DNA of 64,000 nt from Thermodesulfobacteriota bacterium (GTDB lineage Bacteria; Desulfobacterota; Thermodesulfobacteria; Thermodesulfobacteriales; Thermodesulfobacteriaceae), in contig JAUQQL010000002.1 of assembly GCA_030578315.1 (NCBI GenBank), forward strand, positions 8,251-72,250, read 5' to 3'. This document shows positions 25,978 to 35,630 of this stretch, in pieces (the first letter of the stretch is position 1; each line of letters starts with the position of its first letter). The position numbers and the translations under genes were made by a program. Below the pieces are notes generated by a model. That model ran no database searches. It was given only the letters and a program-made list of their open reading frames with translations, and was not told the DNA's origin.

Positions 25978-27858
25978 ATGAAAATAGAAACATTAGTAAA
26001 ATTGATTCTTGGTATTCTTATAATTTTTGCTTTACTTAGTGCTTTTTTAACTACTTTTTATATAAATCAACTAATGTACAACGGAAAATTAGTAAATTAT
26101 GCAGGTATAGTTAGAGGAGGTACTCAAAGAATTGTCAAACTTGAAGTTGCAGGTATACATTCAGATCATCTTATAGGAACTTTGGACAAAATTTTATCAG
26201 GACTTTCAGAAGGAAGTAAGGAGTTAGGTCTTCCTAAGGTTGGAGACGAAAAGTTTCTTTCTAAGTTGAACGAAGTAAAAAATAAGTGGAATAATTTAAA
26301 AGAATTGATAAGACTTACTCGTCAAGATAAAACTTATCTTCCTAAACTTTTAGAAGAATCTGAAAATTATTTTACTTTAACCAACGAATTAGTAAGTTTG
26401 GCAGAAGAATTTTCTGAAAAGAAAGTAAGGATGGGAAAATTTTTAACTTTAAGTATTTTAATTATTAATATTTTGTTACTTTTATTAACATTTGTAGCTA
26501 TTCAGAGAAAGGTTATTAAACCTCTCTATAATTTTAATGATTTTATAGAAAAATTAACTCAAGGAGACCTAACTCATACTCTTGAAGTTAAGGGAAAAAA
26601 TGAAATTTCTTTTTTAGCTAGTTATTTAAATAAGTTAGTTGAAGCTTATTCAAATATTATAAATAAAGTCTTGCACACAGTGGCTAAAGATATTGAGCTT
26701 ACTGATAGACTTAGAGAAACTGCTTATCATACTTTGAAGCAATCTAAAAATTTAGCTTCTCAGTCTTTACAAATCAGTGCTTCAGCTGAACAGATGACTC
26801 AAACCATTGCAGAAATAGCTAAAAATACTACTCAGGTTGCAGAAAGTTCTGAGAAAGCCATGCAAGTAGCTATAAGTGGAAAGTCTTTAAGCGACAAAGC
26901 TGTAGCAAGTATTGAAACTCTTTATCAAAGTTCTTCGCAACTTTCTGAAATAATCAATCGTTTAAATCAAAGAACCAGAGAGATAGAAGAAATTGTAACT
27001 ATAATAAAAGAAATAGCTGATCAAACCAATCTTCTTGCTCTCAATGCCACTATTGAAGCAGCTCGTGCAGGAGAATATGGAAGAGGTTTCGCAGTAGTAG
27101 CAGAAGAAATTCGCAGACTAGCAGAACGAACTATAAAAGCTACTGAAGAAATTTCAGAAAGAATTTTTAATATACAAAGTGATTCTGCAAATACAGTTAA
27201 ATCTATGGACGTCTCCCTAAAAGAAGTTAAGCAAGCTACAGATTTTATAAACGAACTAGGAAATTATATGCAACACATAGTAGAGTCTTTTGTAAAAGTA
27301 AAAGAACAGATCACTCAAATAGCTTCCGCAGTAGAAGAACAATCTATAACTACAGAGGAAGTAGCTAAAAACATTGAAAAAGTTTCTCAAATCGCTAAAG
27401 AATTAGAAACAGTTGCTAATGGAGTAATGGATAGAAGTAAAGAAGTTTTTAGAACGATTAATGAACTAAGAAAAACTACTGAAGGGTTGAAAACTAAAGA
27501 AAGTCATTTACTTTTATTAGATCTAGCTAAAACTGACCACCGTATATTTGTAGGTAGAATTTATGCTCACTTGGAAGGTGCAAGCTCTATCGATGTTTCA
27601 AAACTTACTGATCATAAAAGTTGTAAATTTGGAAAATGGTATTTAGACGAAGGAATGAGACTCTGTGGACATCTTGCTTCTTTTAAAGCTTTAGAAGAAC
27701 CTCATGCTAAGGTACATGCCTTAGCTAAAGAAGTTATTTTAGCCTATAATAAAGGAGATAAAACTAAAGCTTTAGAGCTTTTTAAAGAATTAGAAAAAGC
27801 TTCTCAAAAAATGATAGAACTTTTAGAAGAAACTAAAAAATCCTGGAGAAGTGTTTAA
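25978..27858 (+). CDS. Methyl-accepting chemotaxis protein (TM-PilJ/NarX-like sensor-TM-HAMP-MA-CZB)
   Basis: VNYAGIVRGGTQR P-box-like motif; IADQTNLLALNATIEAARAGEYGRGFAVVAEEIRRLAE hairpin; CZB motif DH...DHKSCKFGKWY...PHAKVH. Confidence 0.93.
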   Translation: MKIETLVKLILGILIIFALLSAFLTTFYINQLMYNGKLVNYAGIVRGGTQRIVKLEVAGIHSDHLIGTLDKILSGLSEGSKELGLPKVGDEKFLSKLNEVKNKWNNLKELIRLTRQDKTYLPKLLEESENYFTLTNELVSLAEEFSEKKVRMGKFLTLSILIINILLLLLTFVAIQRKVIKPLYNFNDFIEKLTQGDLTHTLEVKGKNEISFLASYLNKLVEAYSNIINKVLHTVAKDIELTDRLRETAYHTLKQSKNLASQSLQISASAEQMTQTIAEIAKNTTQVAESSEKAMQVAISGKSLSDKAVASIETLYQSSSQLSEIINRLNQRTREIEEIVTIIKEIADQTNLLALNATIEAARAGEYGRGFAVVAEEIRRLAERTIKATEEISERIFNIQSDSANTVKSMDVSLKEVKQATDFINELGNYMQHIVESFVKVKEQITQIASAVEEQSITTEEVAKNIEKVSQIAKELETVANGVMDRSKEVFRTINELRKTTEGLKTKESHLLLLDLAKTDHRIFVGRIYAHLEGASSIDVSKLTDHKSCKFGKWYLDEGMRLCGHLASFKALEEPHAKVHALAKEVILAYNKGDKTKALELFKELEKASQKMIELLEETKKSWRSV

Positions 27859-29194
27859 GAAGAAACTTTATATAAAAACTTTTGGATGTCAAATGAACGA
27901 AAATGACTCAGAAAAGGTTTTCATTCTTTTATCTGACGAGTACGAACCTACTTTCAATCCTGAAGAGGCGGATTTAATTTTAATTAATACCTGCTCAGTT
28001 AGAAAAAAACCACAACACAAAGTTTACAGTGAAGTAGGAAGATATAAAGAATTAAAAAATAAAAAAAAAGAGCTAATTCTGGGAATTATGGGCTGTGTAG
28101 CCCAACAAGAAGGAGAAAAATTAATACACAAACTTCCGTATGTAGACTTAGTTCTTGGAACCCAAGGATTTTATTTTATAAAAGAGGCTCTTAAAATTCT
28201 AAAAAAAGAAAGAAAACCTGTAGTGATAACCGAATTAAAACCCAACTTTAAACCTCCGTTAATTGTCTCCGAAAATTATTCTTTTCCCATTAAAAAAGTA
28301 AGTGCTTTTGTGACTATTATGCAAGGGTGTGACAACTTCTGTAGCTATTGCATTGTGCCTTACCTTAGAGGAAGAGAAATAAGTAGACCTCCAGAAGACA
28401 TTTTAAAAGAAATTGAAACTTTAGTTAAAACTGGAGTTAGAGAAGTCATTCTTCTAGGGCAAAATGTTAATTCTTATGGAAAAAAAGACAAAAACTTACC
28501 AGACTTTACTGAACTTTTAAGAATGATTTCAGAAATTGAAGGGCTGTGGAGAATAAGATTTACCACTAGTCATCCTAAAGATCTTTCAGATAAACTTATA
28601 AAAGAAATAGCAGAAAATCCTAAAGTGTGCAAACATCTTCACCTCCCCCTTCAGGCAGGTTCAAATAACATTTTAAAGAAGATGAATCGTAAGTATACCA
28701 AGGAGGATTATTTAGCAAAGGTAGAAAAACTTAGAAATCTTTCTCCAGAAATTGCTCTTACTACAGATATAATAGTAGGATTCCCAGGAGAAACTGAAGA
28801 AGACTTTGAAGAAACTATAAAAATGCTTGAAAATGTAAGGTATCATGAAATTTTTTCTTTTAAGTATTCAGACCGACCTTTTACTTTAGCAGAAAAACTA
28901 TCTGACAAAATTCCTGAAGAAGTAAAAGAAAAAAGACTAAAAATGGTCCACGAAGTTCAAGAAAGAATCACTAGAGAAATATATCAAAGTTATGTAGGAA
29001 AAGAAGTAGAAGTGTTAGTGGAAGGTCCAAGTAAGAAAAGTTCTAACTTTCTTATGGGAAGGACTACCACCAATGTAGTAGTTAATTTCTCTTCGCCAAG
29101 ATTAGACTTAAAAGGAGCCTTAGTTAAAGTTCTTATTGAAGAAGCAGGGAAACACTCTTTAAAAGGTAGGTACTTGGAAACTCTTAAAAGTTGA
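27851..29194 (+). CDS. miaB: tRNA-2-methylthio-N6-dimethylallyladenosine synthase MiaB
   Basis: TFGCQMNENDSE, NTCSVR, GCVAQ, GCDNFCSYCIVPYLRGRE, RFTTSHP, C-terminal TRAM domain. Confidence 0.96.
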   Translation: MFKKKLYIKTFGCQMNENDSEKVFILLSDEYEPTFNPEEADLILINTCSVRKKPQHKVYSEVGRYKELKNKKKELILGIMGCVAQQEGEKLIHKLPYVDLVLGTQGFYFIKEALKILKKERKPVVITELKPNFKPPLIVSENYSFPIKKVSAFVTIMQGCDNFCSYCIVPYLRGREISRPPEDILKEIETLVKTGVREVILLGQNVNSYGKKDKNLPDFTELLRMISEIEGLWRIRFTTSHPKDLSDKLIKEIAENPKVCKHLHLPLQAGSNNILKKMNRKYTKEDYLAKVEKLRNLSPEIALTTDIIVGFPGETEEDFEETIKMLENVRYHEIFSFKYSDRPFTLAEKLSDKIPEEVKEKRLKMVHEVQERITREIYQSYVGKEVEVLVEGPSKKSSNFLMGRTTTNVVVNFSSPRLDLKGALVKVLIEEAGKHSLKGRYLETLKS

Positions 29195-30387
29195 ACATTA
29201 AAACTTACTTTTGGATAGCCTTTTTATACTTTTTCTCCGGAATTCCTTTTGGATTTTTTTACACTTTTTTACCGGTATTTTTTAGAGCAAGTGGAGTTGA
29301 CCTAGTAAAAATTGGGCTTTTTTCTTCTGCAGGAATTTTCTGGAGTTTAAAACTTCTTTGGGCTCCTCTTTTAGACAGATACTTAACTAAAAAATTTTGG
29401 ATGGGAGCAAGTTTGTGGGGAATATCTTTATGTACTTTATGCTTAAGCTTGTCTCCTTTAGAACATTTTAGTTTTTCCTTTTTTCTCTTTTTATTTACCT
29501 TTTTTTCTGCAATTCTTGATACTGCTTTAGATGGTTTCGTAATTGAATGGGTTTTACCTGAAAAGTTGGGAAAAGTTAATGGAGTGAGAGTTGCTTTTTA
29601 TCGTATAGCCCTTATCTTTTCGGGTGGTTTTCTGACTGCTTTAACCCAATACTTAAATTTTAAAATAATTTTTTATCTGATTTCTTTTTTAACTTTTGCA
29701 GCTGGTGTCTTAGTTTTCTCCTCAGATTCTCTCAGATTCAAATTTCCTAGAGAACCTATTTATTCTATAAAAAACTATTACCTAACTCCCTTAAAAGAAC
29801 TTCTTAGAAGACCATCTGTAGTACTTTTACTTCTATTTATAGCTTCTTACAAGATGGGAGATGCTTTTTTAGGAGGTATGATTGCCCCTTTCTGGGTAGA
29901 TAAAGGTTTTAATAAAATAGAAATAGGTTTTTTAGCAGGATTTATGGGAAGCGGTTTTACTATTTTGGGCTCATTAGTAGGGGGTTATTATACGAGTAAA
30001 TGGGGAATTAAAAAAGCTTTATTAATATTTGGCTTTCTGCAAGCTTTTTCTAATTTAGGATACACAATAGGGGCTCTTCCTTTAGTAAGGAAAGAGTTTA
30101 TTTACTTAGCAAGTGCAATAGAAAGTTTTACCGGAGGTTTAGGAACATCAAGTTTTATTACTTTTTTAACTTTTTTATGTAGAAAAGAGTTTTCTGCCAC
30201 TCAATACGCTATTTTTTCTACGTTGTTTAATCTAACTTTAGTTTTAGCACGCACCTTAAGCGGATGGGGAGCTAAAACTTTAGGATATCATTTTTTCTTT
30301 TCTTTCACCTTTTTTATAGCTCTTATCCCTCTTTTCTTAATACCAAAAGTTTTTAGCCTATCGGAAAAAAATTCCAGTATAGTATAA
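29191..30387 (+). CDS. ampG: AmpG-family MFS transporter (muropeptide/acetyl-CoA transporter family)
   Basis: YFFSGIP, WSLKLLWAPLLDRY, SAILDTALDG, YKMGDA, SATQYAIFS; ~12 TMs. Confidence 0.8.
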   Translation: MNIKTYFWIAFLYFFSGIPFGFFYTFLPVFFRASGVDLVKIGLFSSAGIFWSLKLLWAPLLDRYLTKKFWMGASLWGISLCTLCLSLSPLEHFSFSFFLFLFTFFSAILDTALDGFVIEWVLPEKLGKVNGVRVAFYRIALIFSGGFLTALTQYLNFKIIFYLISFLTFAAGVLVFSSDSLRFKFPREPIYSIKNYYLTPLKELLRRPSVVLLLLFIASYKMGDAFLGGMIAPFWVDKGFNKIEIGFLAGFMGSGFTILGSLVGGYYTSKWGIKKALLIFGFLQAFSNLGYTIGALPLVRKEFIYLASAIESFTGGLGTSSFITFLTFLCRKEFSATQYAIFSTLFNLTLVLARTLSGWGAKTLGYHFFFSFTFFIALIPLFLIPKVFSLSEKNSSIV

Positions 30388-30990
30388 CACCAGGTTAACC
30401 AAAAATAAAAGAAAAGGATATATAATTTTAGAAAGAAGCCCTGAAAGAGCTAAAATTAAAATGATAAAAAATCCTAAAAACTCGTAACTTAAATACTTAT
30501 ATCTAAATTCTGAAGGCAAAAACTTTACCAAAATTTTACTTCCATCTAAAGGAGGTATAGGAAGAAGATTAAAAATTCCAACTCCTATGTTAATTCTGAC
30601 TCCTAAGTAACTTATTATAGCTAAAGGTTCTAAGAAAATGAGTTTAGAAGAAAGAAAGTTAAATAGATGATAAAGAAAGCCCATAAACACTGCTAAAATC
30701 ATATTAGAAACAGGTCCAGCTAAAGAAACAAGGGCCATATCTCTCCAAAAATTTTTAAAATAGTTAGGATTTATTGGAACAGGTTTTGCCCAACCAATAG
30801 CTTGAGTTAAAAAAAGAGTTAAAGTTCCAAAAAAATCTAAATGTTTAAAAGGATTTAAAGTAAGTCTTCCTGCCCACTTAGGAGTTGGGTCTCCAAGATA
30901 GTAAGCTATTAATCCGTGGGAAAATTCATGTACAGTTAAAGCTAAAAGCAGAGAGGGAATTAACAAAAGAAAAAGTTTAAAATCAAACAC
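30358..30990 (-). CDS. Site-2 protease family (M50) membrane metalloprotease
   Basis: HEFSH, GDPT...GRLTLNP..HLD, GWAKPVP, LAGP.SN, FNLLPIPPLDG. Confidence 0.94.
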   Translation of the reverse strand: MFDFKLFLLLIPSLLLALTVHEFSHGLIAYYLGDPTPKWAGRLTLNPFKHLDFFGTLTLFLTQAIGWAKPVPINPNYFKNFWRDMALVSLAGPVSNMILAVFMGFLYHLFNFLSSKLIFLEPLAIISYLGVRINIGVGIFNLLPIPPLDGSKILVKFLPSEFRYKYLSYEFLGFFIILILALSGLLSKIIYPFLLFLVNLVLYYTGIFFR

Positions 30991-30991
30991 T

Positions 30992-32230
30992 TTAATATTT
31001 TAAATTAACTATTTCTTTTATATTTTTTAAAATAGATAAAGCCATTTGGACCTGAAAGTCTTCTTCAACAGGAATTCTTTTGATAGAAGTTACATTTTCA
31101 ATTTTTCCTTCTTTATCGTTTTTTTTACCTACTTCAATTTCTGGAATTTCTATGTCCGGGGTTATTCCTATTTTATTTATAGAAATACCACTAGGAGTAT
31201 AGTAATAAGCTGTAGTGAGTCTTACAGCATATCCTTCTTCTATAGGAATAACCGTCTGCACAGAACCTTTACCAAAACTTTTTTGCCCTAAAATAAGGGC
31301 TCTTTGATTGTCCTTTAAAGCTCCAGCTACAATTTCCGAGGCTGAAGCACTCCCATGATTAATAAGAACTACTATAGGATAAAGGTGCTTTCTCTCAGGT
31401 GGATTAGGTTTAGCTTCAAATTTCATCTGAGTATCTTTAGACTTTCCTCTTATAGAAACAATAAGTCCATTTTCAAGAAATTCGTCCGCTACTTCTACCG
31501 CCGAACTTAAAAGTCCACCTGGATTATTTCTTAAGTCTAAAATTAAGCCTTTTATAGTATGTTCCTTTTCTAAACTTCTCAAAGTTTCAACTAATTCCTC
31601 AGGAGTTTTTTCCTGAAAACTTGAAATTCTTATGTAAGCATAACCAGGTTCCAAAACCTGTTTTTTTACACTCTTAATAGGGATAACATCTCTAATTAAA
31701 GTAATCTCTTTTATGTCTTTTTCGTTTCTTAAAATAGTAATTGTCACCTTGGTTCCCTTAGGACCTCTCAAAAGTCTTACTGCTTCTAAAATACTCATTC
31801 CTTTAGTTGACTTTCCGTCAATTTTTAAAATTTTATCTCCTGGTTTAATTCCAGCTTTCCAAGCTGGAGTATCCTCTATAGGAGCAACTACTGTTAATAC
31901 ATCGTCTTTAATAGTAATCTCAATACCAATTCCTGTAAAAGTACCCTTAGTCTCTATCTCCAATTCTTTATATTCTTCAGGTTTTAAAAGAGATGAGTGA
32001 GGGTCAAGAGAAGAAAGCATTCCCTGAATAGCTCCATAAATAAGGTCTTTAGGATTAATCTCAGTAACATAGTTTTCTTCAATAAGTCTAAAAACCTGAG
32101 AAAAAAGTTTTAAAGCTCTATAAGTATCTTCTTTTTTTTCTTTACTAAAACCGTTTGAAAAAATAAAAAGAGAAATACAAAAAAGTATAAAATAAAAAAA
32201 ATAAACTCTTTTTCTAAACTTCATCTTCAT
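30992..32230 (-). CDS. ctpA: Carboxyl-terminal processing protease (S41 family, PDZ domain)
   Basis: N-terminal signal/TM, LDPHS, GIGIEI (PDZ), LDLRNNPGGLL, SASASEIVAGAL, SFGKGSVQ. ATG at 32230 has SD GAGGGG. Confidence 0.93.
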   Translation of the reverse strand: MKMKFRKRVYFFYFILFCISLFIFSNGFSKEKKEDTYRALKLFSQVFRLIEENYVTEINPKDLIYGAIQGMLSSLDPHSSLLKPEEYKELEIETKGTFTGIGIEITIKDDVLTVVAPIEDTPAWKAGIKPGDKILKIDGKSTKGMSILEAVRLLRGPKGTKVTITILRNEKDIKEITLIRDVIPIKSVKKQVLEPGYAYIRISSFQEKTPEELVETLRSLEKEHTIKGLILDLRNNPGGLLSSAVEVADEFLENGLIVSIRGKSKDTQMKFEAKPNPPERKHLYPIVVLINHGSASASEIVAGALKDNQRALILGQKSFGKGSVQTVIPIEEGYAVRLTTAYYYTPSGISINKIGITPDIEIPEIEVGKKNDKEGKIENVTSIKRIPVEEDFQVQMALSILKNIKEIVNLKY

Positions 32231-32562
32231 CTTTCCCCTCAAAAAGGGCCTTTTTTCAAAAATTCAAGATAACACCTATTTTATTTTTTTTCAATATTTT
32301 GTATAAGCCCATATAATATTAGACTCGGTTGAATTTTTTAAAAAAATAAAAAAATACCTTAACAGTGGTTTTTTCTCAGCTCTATTTTTATTTTTAATTC
32401 AACAATTACTCAGTTTCCATACTTTTTATGATACTTAGCGACCTTTAGTCTAAAAGTAACTTTTTTTCTCTTTTTGAGACTATTTATCTATTTTTTTTCT
32501 TCTTGACCGATAAATATCAAAGAGTTATTATTATTTTTTACATATTTTAAATTAGTTTCGTA

Positions 32563-33903
32563 ATGAATTACGATTTTCTCCTGATAAATCCTTGGATATA
32601 CGATTTTTCTGCTTACGATTTCTGGTTAAAACCTTACGGACTTCTTTATCTCGGAGGCAAGTTGAGAAATCTTGGATATTCCATTTATTATCTTGACTTA
32701 CTTGATCCATTTCATCCTTTGCTCCCAAAACCTCCCAAAAGAAAAGAATTTGGAATAGGACATTTTTATAAAGAACCTATTCCCAAACCGATTTATTTTA
32801 AGGATATCCCAAGAAGGTTTTATCGCTACGGACTTCCTGTAGAAGTTTTTAAAAAAGTTGTAACCTCTATTAAATTTAAAGCTGTGCTTCTTACTTGTAC
32901 CATGACTTATTGGTATCCAGGACTTTTTGTGCTGTTAAATTTTTTTTCCAGCTCTTACTCAAATATTCCTATTTATGTAGGAGGTATATATTCTAGACTT
33001 TGTATAGACCACCTTAAAAATTATATAGAAACTTATCTAAGAAATGCCGAAATTTACATAGTAACTTCATCTGCAGAAGATTTTATAGATGCCCTTCAAA
33101 AAAAATTTAAACCTTCTAGAACACCATATCCTGTAGATTATCCGGTTTTTGACCTTCAAAGTAAAATTTCTTATGTAATTTTGTTTACTAGTTTCGGATG
33201 TCCTTTTAAGTGTCCATACTGTGCTTCTTCAAATTTACAGCCTCAATTTGTAGAAAAAAGCCCTGTACAGATATGGGAAGAAATAGTTTTTTGGAAAACT
33301 TGTTATCAAGTAAAGGATTTTGCTTTTTATGATGATGCCCTCCTTTTTAATTTTGAAACAAGACTAAAACCGGTTTTGGAGAAAGTCATAGATGAAAACT
33401 TGAAAGTAAATTTCCACGCTCCTAACGCAATTCATGCAAGATTTGTAACCAGAGAAGTAGCTAAACTTCTTAAAAAGTCTGGCTTTAAGACCATTCGTCT
33501 TGGACTTGAAAGAGCTGAAAACCGTTTTGACAATAAGGTAACTTTAGAAGAATTCTTACAGGCTGTAAGTTATTTAAAAGAAGCAGGATTTTCACTTAAA
33601 GAGTTAGGAGCTTATGTGCTTTACGGAATTCCTGAAGAAAACTGGGAAGAAGTTAAAAAAACCTTGCTTTTTCTGGCTGAAATAGGAGTTCCTCCACATC
33701 TGGCTGAATTTTCACCTATTCCAGGTACTCCCTTTTTTGAAAAAGCCAAGAATTTTTCCAGATACCCTTTAGAGGAAGACCCAATTTTTCACAATAATAC
33801 TATTTTCCCTTGTTTTAAAAATCCACCTTGGGAAAAAATTCAATACCTTAAACAACTTTCAAGAAGAATTAGGCACCAACTTATCGGAATAAAAACTTTT
33901 TAA
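32563..33903 (+). CDS. B12-binding-domain radical SAM protein, function unknown
   Basis: LLINPWIYDFSAYDFWLKPYGLLYL N-terminus, TMTYWYPG, GGIY, TSFGCPFKCPYCAS, FYDDA, PNAIH. Confidence 0.88.
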   Translation: MNYDFLLINPWIYDFSAYDFWLKPYGLLYLGGKLRNLGYSIYYLDLLDPFHPLLPKPPKRKEFGIGHFYKEPIPKPIYFKDIPRRFYRYGLPVEVFKKVVTSIKFKAVLLTCTMTYWYPGLFVLLNFFSSSYSNIPIYVGGIYSRLCIDHLKNYIETYLRNAEIYIVTSSAEDFIDALQKKFKPSRTPYPVDYPVFDLQSKISYVILFTSFGCPFKCPYCASSNLQPQFVEKSPVQIWEEIVFWKTCYQVKDFAFYDDALLFNFETRLKPVLEKVIDENLKVNFHAPNAIHARFVTREVAKLLKKSGFKTIRLGLERAENRFDNKVTLEEFLQAVSYLKEAGFSLKELGAYVLYGIPEENWEEVKKTLLFLAEIGVPPHLAEFSPIPGTPFFEKAKNFSRYPLEEDPIFHNNTIFPCFKNPPWEKIQYLKQLSRRIRHQLIGIKTF

Positions 33904-34302
33904 CTCTAGCAACTTTTTTATAAGTTTTCTATCAGCATTACAAAGGTTTAGTTTTAAGGCAAAGTTTAAATCTATCCACTGGTAATCTAAAGCTTCTTTT
34001 AATTTAAGTTCTCCTCTAAAGTCGTTTACTTTAAATGCAAAAAGTTCAATTTTAAAATCTCCATAATCGTAAAATATTTTTTCTAAAAAAGTACACTTTA
34101 AAACTTCTATACCTAATTCTTCTTTAAGTTCTCTTTTCAAAGCCTCTTCTAAAGTTTCACCTTCTTCCACTTTACCCCCGGGAAATTCCCAAAGTCCCTC
34201 GTTTTTTTTACCCGGGGGCCTTCTAACTAAAAGAAATTTATTATTCTTTTCAATAAAAGCTGCTACCACCTTATAAAAAGGTTTGTTATTTAAAGAAATC
34301 AT
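33859..34302 (-). CDS. mutT: MutT/NudG-like Nudix hydrolase
   Basis: WEFPGGKVEEGETLEEALKRELKEELGI Nudix box. Confidence 0.85.
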   Translation of the reverse strand: MISLNNKPFYKVVAAFIEKNNKFLLVRRPPGKKNEGLWEFPGGKVEEGETLEEALKRELKEELGIEVLKCTFLEKIFYDYGDFKIELFAFKVNDFRGELKLKEALDYQWIDLNFALKLNLCNADRKLIKKLLELKSFYSDKLVPNSS

Positions 34303-35624
34303 CTCTCAAAAACTCTTTCGAAAATTTTATCTACTTTAGATAAATAATTTTGAACTTCAAAAATTTTTTTCAATTCCTCTTCAGAAAGAAATTTTTTTAT
34401 TTCTAAATTTTGTTTAGTTATTTCATAAAGATTTAAATTTTCATTTTGCCAGACCTTCATAGCCATTTCTTGAACTACAAGGTAAGCTTCTTCTCTGGTC
34501 ATACCCTTTTCTATTAAGGCTAACATAAGAGGCTGAGAGAAAATAAGTCCTCTTGTGAGATTAAGATTTTTAAGCATCTTTTCTGGATAAACTATGAGAT
34601 TTTTAAGAAGATTGGTTAATCTAACGAGTGCAAAATCTGAAAGAGTAGTGGCAGAGGGAATTATCATTCTTTCGACTGAGGAGTGACTTATATCCCTTTC
34701 ATGCCACAAAACCATATTTTCTAAAGCTGGAATTACATAACCTCTTATAGTTCTTGCCAAACCACATAAATTTTCAGATAAAATTGGATTTCTTTTGTGA
34801 GGCATAGCAGAAGAACCCTTTTGTCCAGGACTAAAATACTCTTCAGCCTCTAAAACTTCTGTTCTTTGTAAATGTCTTATTTCGGTTGCTATTTTTTCAA
34901 TACTTCCAGCTAAAATACCAAGAGAGCAAACATATTCGGCATAGCGGTCTCTTTGAATAATTTGATTAGAGATAGGAGCAGGTTTTAAACCAAGTCGTTT
35001 ACAAACATGAGCCTCCACTTCCATAGGAAGATGAGCAAAAGTTCCCACAGCTCCTGAAATTTTTCCATAAGAAATAGTGTCTAAAGCTGAACTTAATCTT
35101 TTTTTATTTCTTTTCATTTCCTCATACCAAAGAGCAAACTTTAGCCCAAAAGTTATAGGTTCAGCATGAATACCATGAGTTCTTCCAATCATTACTGTAT
35201 TTTTATATTGATAAGCCTTTTCTTTTAAAATTTCTAAAAGATTTTCTAAATCTTCAAGAATAATTTCCATAGCCTTTTTCATAAGATAAGCCATGGCAGT
35301 ATCAAGCATGTCTGAAGAGGTCATACCCATGTGAAGATACTTTGCTGAAGGTCCTACAATTTCGGCAAGGTGAGTCAAAAAAGCAATTACATCGTGCTTA
35401 GTGGTAGCTTCAATTTCTTCTACTCTTTTTACATTTTCAGAAGTAAATCCTTTTTCCATATAAGGAGTAAGTTTTTCTTTAAGAATTTGAAAATCATTTT
35501 CCGGCACTTTTCCAAGTTTATACCAAGCCTCGGTAGCATAAAATTCTACTAAAAGCCAGACTCTTAGTCTTTCTTCAGGACTCCAAAGTTTAGCCATAAT
35601 TGGTCTAGTATATCTTGGAATCAT
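34299..35624 (-). CDS. purB: Adenylosuccinate lyase
   Basis: MIPRYTRP, HDVIAF, GRTHGIHAEP, GSSAMPHKRNP, LWHERDISHSS. Confidence 0.97.
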   Translation of the reverse strand: MIPRYTRPIMAKLWSPEERLRVWLLVEFYATEAWYKLGKVPENDFQILKEKLTPYMEKGFTSENVKRVEEIEATTKHDVIAFLTHLAEIVGPSAKYLHMGMTSSDMLDTAMAYLMKKAMEIILEDLENLLEILKEKAYQYKNTVMIGRTHGIHAEPITFGLKFALWYEEMKRNKKRLSSALDTISYGKISGAVGTFAHLPMEVEAHVCKRLGLKPAPISNQIIQRDRYAEYVCSLGILAGSIEKIATEIRHLQRTEVLEAEEYFSPGQKGSSAMPHKRNPILSENLCGLARTIRGYVIPALENMVLWHERDISHSSVERMIIPSATTLSDFALVRLTNLLKNLIVYPEKMLKNLNLTRGLIFSQPLMLALIEKGMTREEAYLVVQEMAMKVWQNENLNLYEITKQNLEIKKFLSEEELKKIFEVQNYLSKVDKIFERVFER

Positions 35625-35630
35625 AAAGAA

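Noticed and set aside
32241-32255. Palindrome AAAAAGG-G-CCTTTTT as a terminator
   Set aside because: One-nucleotide loop and mostly A/T stem, sitting next to the ctpA ribosome-binding site; not a credible terminator.
34170-34220. GC-rich quasi-repeat TTTACCC(CC)GGG
   Set aside because: Simply encodes PPGK and FPGGK in the Nudix protein.
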